A stretch of DNA of 63,541 bases, the filler included, from Sluysia triapertura (lineage: Eukaryota): NCBI GenBank assembly GCA_046118255.1. It is 5 parts of 5 records of this genome, joined end to end, with 100 filler letters (N's around TTAATTAATTAA, not from the genome) between each part and the next. Parts side by side here need not be neighbours in the genome. Positions count along the whole stretch, not along the records: positions 52,863 to 63,541 come from JBJNIA010193149.1; 4 more parts are not named here. One strand, given 5' to 3'. Numbering within the stretch: the first letter of the stretch is position 1; each line of letters opens with the position of its first letter. Position numbers and translations under genes: made by a program. The notes under the pieces are model-generated. The model saw only the letters and a program-made list of their open reading frames with translations, did not search any database and was not told the DNA's origin. Below, piece by piece: positions 54,901-63,541 of this stretch.

Positions 54901-55599
54901 TAAATTAGTTCCTTGCAAATATTAATATCGCTAGTACAATCGATTTAAGAGTGATCACGAGATATTTTTGTGCAGATGATAAAATTAGAATATAGATATT
55001 TTTATGTAAAGCAAATCTTACAACTAATCATTGATTTAAATATTGATAAAATATTGATAAAAATACATTGATAAAATATTTACGAAATTTATCTTCGAAT
55101 TTTAGATAATGTCAATAGTTGATTATATTTTAGATAAAATGATGCAAATATTTCAGTCTATGGTCGTTCCATCAACTTATGTTGTCTTGCAAGTCAATTG
55201 ATGAATAAAATTCATAAAATCTACTTTATAGACGATATCAAGTTTTATTTTATTAATCGACATCACAATAAAGCTATATTAAAGTTTATTCATAAAAAAG
55301 TAGAACATGTATAATCTTTTTAGTTGTAAAATATTTATGATTAACTTAAAATTTATAGAGATTCAGTTAAAAATATTTTTATTATTAATGAAAGTCAAAT
55401 AAATTAAATTTAATTTAAATAATTTAACAAATTTATTTAGAAATGAAAAAAATATAGAAGAAAACACAGATTTATTTTGATTATATAGGAATAAAATGTT
55501 TACTATGACATGTTTACTATAAAATGTTTACTATATGCTTCTATTCAGCATATCCTGTTGCGGTTGGAAAGTTAGATTTCCTTTAAAAGTTATAATTAC

Positions 55600-56470
55600 T
55601 CTTTTGAATTGAGTTTGTCAGTTAATGACTTTAGTGACAAACTCGATTTTAGTCACGTTACGTAACAACTGAGATGACGGGATAATCGCATCATCGTCTG
55701 TCATTTCATCATATATATTAATGGAATTACCGTTACTGACGATAACGTTTTGAACATCACACTTAATATCTATTCGACATTGATTACTTAATGATTTACA
55801 TAATTGTCCAACATATACAATATTATTTTTATAAATGAAGAATTCCTGTGCAGTAATCTAGACTTTAAATTGATTTCATTTTGTTCTAAAAATTTCTGCA
55901 TGAGCAAAAACATGACATTTAAAAGCTTGTTTATTATTTCATCAATAATATCCTGACCAAAATTAAGATTAATCATAAGGAATCGTAATGCAGTCTGTTT
56001 TATATGAATACCACGCTCAATATCTAAAATAAAATCTTTTTGAACTTGATTGCGAGTCTCCATCAAGCAACTCCATAAAATAGGCAATAATTTTAGTCAA
56101 TATTCTGAATCAAAATTATGGTAGCGAAATTTTGTATACAATGAACAAAATTTAGTGGTATGTTTGAAAACGAGTTACCACTGTAGAGGTCTATAAAATA
56201 TTCTAATTTAACGTTACTCATGAATGATAATGACTGTAGTCGATTATAAATGAAACGTATCAATTCAATTAACTTTTGACGCAAATCAGACTTTTTAGTG
56301 ATATCTATCAAAATTGGTTTAATCATGTTGCATAAATTATTTTGACTTGATCTAATTAATTTATAGTCGTGCATTTTAGTCTCTTTTTAATTTTTAAGTG
56401 CCATAAAATTTTTGTAATTGCGTTTTTTTATTTTTAGCTTTTGTTACAATTTATTTTCTAATCATGAACA
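55600..56470 (-). pseudogene. Orphan disrupted gene (track ORFs 56093-56374 and 55788-56087 plus a downstream segment)
   Basis: Three consecutive protein-like segments on one strand, separated by single stops or frameshifts. No recognised domain. Confidence 0.45.
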
Positions 56471-56949
56471 GCAATTACATCGAGATACAAAAATAGTATT
56501 GGTTGGCCGTCCAATCAATATTAAAGAATATATGCTAATTGATTAATTTGTTGTGTGAATAGCTGCATTACGCAACATCAGACTAACTGTCATCAGTCGA
56601 CAGTTCATAAGGTATGTTGAAATGTTTTAAATTAAACTGTCGACTGGTGACAGACTGTGATTAGAAATAGTAATTGTTTGATACAAATAACAATTATGTA
56701 ATGAAAATCGTAATGATAATTAAATTAATTTTAATAATAATAATAATTGCAATAAATTAATAATAAATGCTAATAGATAATGATCATAATAATACAATTA
56801 TACAAAAATACAAAAACTCTTTAAAATCTTTCTTTCTTTACATAAAAATCTTTAATAAGTATGTAAACTACATCGTATAAACTACATCGTAAATTCGAAC
56901 TTTACTCGAACTTTATTGATTTATATTTGTGAATATAATTTATTGACAT

Positions 56950-59450
56950 TTATTAATTTAACGTTATTCAGATTTTATTGATTTATGGTTGTATATAATT
57001 TGTACTAAACAAAAGGTATTTTATTATTTTAATTCTTGGAAATAATATTTTAGAACTAACTAATTTATATTTATCTTTTGGAAATAATATTTTATTTAAA
57101 GGTATTTTATTTTATTTTAATCATTCTGAAAAATTTATTAATTATTCTAAAAAATTTATTGAATTTTAATTTGTAATTTATTAAATCTTATTAAAATCTC
57201 AAATTATTGAATTTTAATTCCATTTGTAATTTATTAATTTTTAAAATCTCAAATTAAAGTTAATATTTGTTTTAATATTTTGATATTTGCTTTAGTCTGA
57301 CCAAGGTCGGACCAAAACAAGTATTTAAATGAGCACTTTTTGAGGATAGACACAACAAAATTTTTTTTTAAATTTTTGAAGACCTTTTGGACAAGACACA
57401 CAAAGATTTTTGTACAAAATTGTGAAACAGACCTTTTAGATCAAGTCAGAATATAAAAAAAATTCTACGAAAATTTTTATTAATCACAAGTGACCTTAGT
57501 TTGATAATTTGTAAGATTGATATAAATTTTATATCTTAGTAAAATATACTTAAAATTTATTGTATTAAAAATTTGGATCTTATAAAGATCCGTGGTAAAA
57601 TCTTTTATAAATTTCAATTAAGCACAACTAAATAACAATAGTTAGTTAAAGTAATTCATATTATTATCATCAACATTATTTGTATAATTTTTATATTTTT
57701 TGTACTAAATAATAAAAGAATTTTTCGTGTTGCAATTTTTTAACTTACATATTTATAAAATCCATTAAAATCCTACTATTTGTAGCTTTCAAGAATCTAG
57801 AATTTAATTCTAGAAAGTAAATTTCCATTTATTGATTCCATATAAGGGAATCATAAGTAAAATACATAACTAAACTTAAAATTTAATAACTTGAATTAAA
57901 ATCCTTAGTAAAAAGTATCTACCTTCAGACTAAGAGGCATTATATAAAATATATTTTTTTCTTTCACATTTATCTTATAAAAATCCAACGGCTGGCCCTA
58001 GCAGGTTGGTGGACTCACATGTTTAACTTCTTTTATTCTATTTGCTTCACTTTGCTCACACTAATATGATAATATGAATTTATATTAATATGAATTTACT
58101 AACGTCATAAACAATAAATTAATTAATTTTATTACAAATATTAATAATGGTAACTAATTTTATAATAATAATAATAATAATAATATTAATATTAATATTA
58201 ATAATAGACACAAATAATAATAAATTTTATAATAATAATACTAATTCTAAAATTAGATTTTTATGTATTTATTTGGCATTATAAGGTCACAAATTTCACT
58301 TTATATAAATAAATTATTATTTCAATAGTGTCACATTGTTATTTAATTTCGATTTATACGATTTTTGATATCTTCGATTTGGTTTAACATTATTTAAAGA
58401 TTACATTGGTTATTGTTTCGGACTTTCTTAATAGTAAACGTTAGTTTACGTTGTATTACTTTAAGAGTGAAATTAAATTGCACTGAAATTTCTGTTATAA
58501 TTTTTGGAATCTTTTAATATGATGTCATTAACTATGTTAAATTATCAGTAATTGATTACATATTAATCATTTTAAATTATGCATTTTATAATTTGTATTT
58601 CGTATTTTGCAATTTGTATTAATCAACTATTGTGTTTTCGTTGTTCTATATTGAGAAAGTACAAAGACTTGCAAGTACATTTTGAATTTTATAAAGTCCC
58701 TTTAAATACAAATTGATAAACCCACAATCATAGACCATTTTGAATCATCTCAAACATGCTCAAATCATCGAATCATCAAAAACATTCGAGTAAAATTCTA
58801 AGTAAAGTTTATTAAATTTATATTTACTGTTGTTTTAAATGCGGTCGTAAATTTTACGATTATAGTTATCACCGTTATTGTTCGTAACTTACATAGATTT
58901 AAATAAAATAAATCTTCTACCCACGAACAACCGATTTTATACCGGTAGTAATGCTGCATCTTTGTTTAAAATTGCTAACAATAATTTAATAATTAAATGA
59001 ACTCAAAATTTTCAATGTATCTTCAGTAATCGTAAAATTGTTACTAATTATTGATTATTCTTTAACCGCAGTAAACATTTAATGTTCGCAAAATAAGTGC
59101 AAATTCTAATTATAGATATAAATCCAATTAACAAGTACAATACTGTTACGCCTTAAGTCAATAACAATAATCCAATATTAATTTAGTTCAATTAGATGAA
59201 ACATCAAATGATTTCAATATTCACTAAACCAAGTACAACTTATTACCAATTTTCTTATCATCAATTTATTCAACCCAAAAATTATTTAATATTTTCAAAT
59301 TAAAAACAACTCAATATTATATTAATTACAAAAAAATCAAATATAAGAATAACTATAAATTAACTATAAATGATTAAATCGCAAAAACAATAATAGTTCT
59401 GTTTATTCGCGATATTAAACATTTACAAATACCGACACCTAAAAAGTTAA
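56950..59450 (-). repeat. Family X unclassified coding-like repeat, copy F (longest)
   Basis: Collinear with copy C over about 2 kb. Contains VSPPT-LGPAVGF, EGRYFLLR and MIPLYGINK..FLELNS. A stop-riddled frame lies upstream at about 58980-58330. Confidence 0.8.
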
Positions 59451-60150
59451 AGACAATAATAATTATTATATATTTTTGAACAGCCTTAGCAGAAAAATTA
59501 CAAAATAATCCGGACAGGGAGTCTCCCAAAAATAAAATTATTTAATTACTTAACGAAAATAAAATTTTTAATTTGAAATACTTAAAAGAATTCTGGCAGG
59601 GAGCCTCCCCAAATATTCAGATAACTAAAAAAAATAATTTCAGTGGTAAAAATTAGCTAAATATTTCCCCAAAAAGTTATTTACTTAATAAAATCTTATT
59701 AATGATTAAAATAATAAAATAATAAAAAAACATTAACATAAGTCATGGATTTTCTTTTTTCATCATCACTGTACGCTATGATCGATTGTGTTTTTATTAT
59801 TTAAGTATTAGCTTCTATATCTCTGTATCGTCCAATCACTTTAAAACTCACAATTAGGAATTACTATTGCACAAATCATCAAAACCTTGTGGTGGTATAT
59901 AGTTTATTTCAGTAATGAATATGACTATTTGTATTTTAAATTCTTGTATTTTAAATTCTATTAATTTAACTTTGAAGAAAAATATAGAAAATACTTGAAA
60001 AATATTGTTAAATTTATATTTATTTAAGAATTTTACTAAAGATTTAAATTATCTCTTTTAAAATTTATTGATAAACAAAAGTAAGAGCTAAAATGTAATT
60101 GCACCAAATTTATATTTATTAATTGTTTCATTATTTTCCGATTATGCCAC

Positions 60151-61169
60151 TCAGGATATAAAAATAAAAAGATATAAAAAATAAAAATGATGTAAATTAT
60201 TAAAATTCATGTAAAAATATACAAGTATTACCATTTCAATGTTTGCGACATTCTGCAAGTAACTTTCGACTCCCAAAGTTGATAAGATGAATTGTGTTCT
60301 AAAATAATGATTCTCGAAACAAGCCAAATAATCAGGGACATCACGGAATTCTAAAATTGTGTGGCCCTTAACACAGTTTTTGCCGTATTTGTAACATTTA
60401 CCGGTCGGAGTGGACATGTAGGGACAGAGAGCAACTTGTAGAATTTTGTTACTATTTACAACGACTTGAATTGGTCAACTTTTGAACCATCATTTGACAA
60501 TGTTGTCTCTAATGATTTCACTTTGTTAGTCGTGACTAATGAATATATGTCTACTATATTTGCAATAGATAATTTATGAAATGTTAAAATTATATCGATA
60601 GCAATATCTATAATTTTATTTTCTTTAGTCATTTTATACTTCAAGGCACAAACATGAATTGAACTAAATCGTTTAAACTTAGGTGCATAATACACTGTCA
60701 TCAAATTTCTTGTACTAATGTTTTGTACATTTCGGTTATATATTAATCCAGAAGTATTAACATTACAAAGCATTAATTTATTAATAGATAATGATTTTAA
60801 TTTGCTTTCTCAACATTAACGATGTCTTATATTCAATGGTGACATTAAATAACGGACAAGATTATAATCAATACAATTCATATGAGTACTCATTAAATTA
60901 TGTTATAATTATGTTTTATAATGTTCATCACTGATATCAAATTTCGGTTGCATCAAATTCGTTATATCCTTTAACAAAACAGGATAACAATATCTTTTAA
61001 TAAATATTTCGTTCCAAATTTCGTTGAATTCATCTTTCAAAATTTTCTCAATCGCACAATTATTACTAAATGAATGTTAAATATGTATTTTATCAAACAG
61101 ATAAATTTTTTTAGATAAACCAAGTTTCTGAATTTCGGGTTTAGTTGATTTAATAATTTGTTGAAACAT
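60151..61169 (-). pseudogene. CCCH zinc-finger gene family member 2 (disrupted). Finger at 60426-60361.
   Basis: ATG at 61169 is in frame with track ORF 60456-60773, with about 5 stops between. A one-base frame change near 60474 leads to PIQVVVNSNKILQVALCPYMSTPTGKCYKYGKNCVKGH (track ORF 60151-60417). Confidence 0.7.
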
Positions 61170-61775
61170 AATTCGTTATTCGTAAAATTAATACCACTAA
61201 TAATTAAAATGTAATTAATGAAATAAAATCGCGATTAAAATGTTCATACTCAATAATTGTTTTTGTACGTTTGTGAAATGATTATTGCTTATGATTGGGT
61301 GTACATACTTTACTGGTAGAAATTGAGAAAGAAATAAAATAAAATTCTTTTAACTTATTTCTTTTAAATCCGATTTATTCGGTGATTAGAGACTGAATTT
61401 TAAAAGATTGTAAGCTTGAAATGTTTCAGATTGATTTTAAGATGTGTGTTCAATGCTTTAAGGTGTAATTGTTATTTTAATATTATTAGATAATGCGTTA
61501 AATGTTTTAGCTGAGTTTTAAATGTGGATTGTTGGTTTTAAATGTAATTATGATTTGATCGTTAACAGATTGTGAATTTAAAATGTTTTGGGATATGTAA
61601 AATGATTTTAATGGATCTGAAAGAAGTAAATAAAAAATGTTTTAATATAAACAATGCAAAATGTTATGGAATGTAGTTTTATGTGTAATGTGTTGAATTA
61701 ATTTTTAAATTTATGTTTGACAATTTTCGATGTCGAATATGATTTTGATGTTATGAAACTTTATGTTTAGAGTGT

Positions 61776-62690
61776 TTGAAAGTATTAAGAATTGTTAAAT
61801 GTTTTGAGAGTTATTTTGTTCGTGATGATCAACATAAAGCTAAAGATGATAATTATAACGATTATATAATATGCAACAACGAAGATAAATCTAATTTGAT
61901 CTACAATGTTAAAGATAACAATATTCCAGGTATGATTATTAGAGATAATCAGAATAAAGCCGATGAAGATGATTATGACGATTACCAAATATGTTATAAT
62001 ATTACTGTCGAATTTATGCAAATAAGGAGAATAGAATATATTGATGGTAAAGTCAACAACGATGTTTTCCTTAGCTATCTTAAAGATAAATTTCACGAAT
62101 TTGAACGGTACAAAGTTAATATTCTTAGTCTTCATAAAATTAATGTGTCTTCAAATCTTATTATAATTTAAATTTAATTAATTTTTTTAACGATAAAATT
62201 AATATTGATGATATTAATAAAGTTAAACGTAAGATTTACGAAAAGAATAATGTGGTCAAGGAATAATTTTTAAATGTCTCTCGACACAGAAGTAATGGTC
62301 AGGACTATTAGAAGAAATTTTAAGTATACATCTGTCATGTGTCCAGCTCTTACTGATAATAATGGTATCTGTTTAACACGTGGATTACCCTGCCGATACT
62401 TTCATTCTATTCAGGAGTTTAAGTTCAGTGGCCAAAATAGATCATCTTACTACTTGAACTTACAACGAATTTCAGAGTTCTTGTATACGATTACAGTAAC
62501 TTCCAGAATTTCGGACAGCTGCAATGCAAGTGACGTTTATCTATATTCTTTATGTGCTAACAATTATTATTACTGTTATTTTTTATTTATAGGTGGAACG
62601 CAAACACGAAATGTCATACATGAAAGTGAAGTACAAAAATTAAATCTTTTAAAAAATAAATTTTCATGTTATTATTTTGAATTTTTTTAA
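61776..62690 (+). pseudogene. CCCH zinc-finger gene family member 3 (disrupted or spliced). Finger at 62340-62405.
   Basis: Track ORFs 61776-62171 and 62274-62690 are in the same frame. Finger sequence CPALTDNNGICLTRGLPCRYFH. KINVSSNLI, INIDDINKVKR and VRTIRRN align with TINASVKLI, LNKDDKDKCKK and VNSIRRN of member 1. Confidence 0.7.
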
Positions 62691-62846
62691 TAATAATATA
62701 ATAATTGTTCTGAAACAAAAAATAATTTAACAAAGAAATTTTAATAAAACTTGATTTCATATTACATAAAAATAATTATAAATTAATTTTAAATTTTAAA
62801 AACGTTTATAAAGCAATAACAACAATAATCATGAAACAACCACAAC

Positions 62847-63020
62847 AAATGGAACCAAATTTCAGAGGAAAGTACGTCGCAGCGTTGTCAAAAAATGTGC
62901 TTGTATTGAAGTTCAAAGTGGACATTTTGAACATTTGTAAATACTAAATATACCTGAAATTAGTCGTTTTTGATATCCATTTTTATTTAAGTTTGCGGTT
63001 CGGTTACTTTTGGCACACCA
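62847..63020 (+). mobile_element. Fragment of the same Tc1/mariner family as 46129-46989 (right TIR plus transposase end)
   Basis: GTGGACATTTTGAACATTTGTAAAT...GTCGTTTTTGATATC.ATTTTTATTTAAGTTTGCGGTTCGGTTACTTTTGG is nearly identical to 46882-46980. Confidence 0.92.
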
Positions 63021-63541
63021 GAGAACAAAAACGTAATTTATAATTTGTTTTAAATCCATTATAAAAATGAGATTTTCTAATAAAATTGCTTGATAATTAC
63101 AAAATTTTCCAATAATCAGAACAATACATAAGTAATCTATATAAATAAAATCAAAACTGAAATAAAACCACAAAATCTTCAATATTTAAATTATTTAAAA
63201 TAAATTGTTCATTGTATTATATCATAAATCCTTCAAAATTTAATTTATTTGTATACTTACAAATATAAAATTATCTACATCATCTATTATACTAATCTTT
63301 CTTTTTATCTCATTTTGATCTTTTTTTCCAACGCCCGCGACAATGATCAAATTTCAAATTATTTAATAAAGTAAAGTTAAACTCAGTCTAATATTTTATT
63401 GAATAAATACAAATATAATAATAATATAATGATTATTTTAATAATTATAATTATTATTTCATTTACTAAACAATTACTTATTTAATTAAATAAGTAAACC
63501 AGAAGAAAATATAATTGTCATATGATATATATTGTTAAATA

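Noticed and set aside
60456-60480. Programmed -1 frameshift joining ORF 60456-60773 to the zinc-finger frame
   Set aside because: No canonical slippery heptamer, and the same gene has several other stops, so decay is the simpler explanation.
23803-62690. Alternative genetic code (stop reassignment) explaining the interrupted ORFs
   Set aside because: Tubulin and DAXX read cleanly in the standard code, and the interruptions include all three stop types plus frameshifts.

Overview
Very AT-rich eukaryotic (metazoan-like) DNA, not prokaryotic. It is assembled from at least five contigs joined by artificial 100-nt N-TTAATTAATTAA-N linkers, so adjacency across 13034-13133, 26289-26388, 38581-38680 and 52763-52862 is not guaranteed. 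Two host genes can be reconstructed with phase-consistent splice sites. The first is a highly divergent alpha-tubulin (3 exons, 4915-7578, about 645 aa) with an unusual C-terminal extension of about 215 aa. The second is a DAXX histone H3.3 chaperone homologue (8 or more exons, 42602 to beyond 52762, running into a gap). Several introns are only 33-37 nt, as in genome-reduced parasitic invertebrates; the taxon is inference only. The rest is mostly decayed transposons: a Gypsy integrase, three or four piggyBac fragments, a pogo/Tigger, a Tc2-like MITE, two Tc1/mariner derivatives, a Helitron and three tRNA-like repeats. Two signals are not explained by any family I recognise. (i) Three paralogous, disrupted genes share a CCCH zinc finger with unusual C-x9-C-x6-C-x3-H spacing, and two of them share an upstream sequence block. 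(ii) A multi-copy repeat of 1-2.5 kb ('family X', at least 4 and possibly 7 copies) has a protein-coding substitution pattern (consensus motif VSSPTYWxYxLGPAxG) but no recognisable transposase or reverse transcriptase. These two signals co-occur with orphan ORFs and paired GC-rich palindromes and may be parts of one undescribed multi-ORF mobile or viral element. All alignments were done by eye.
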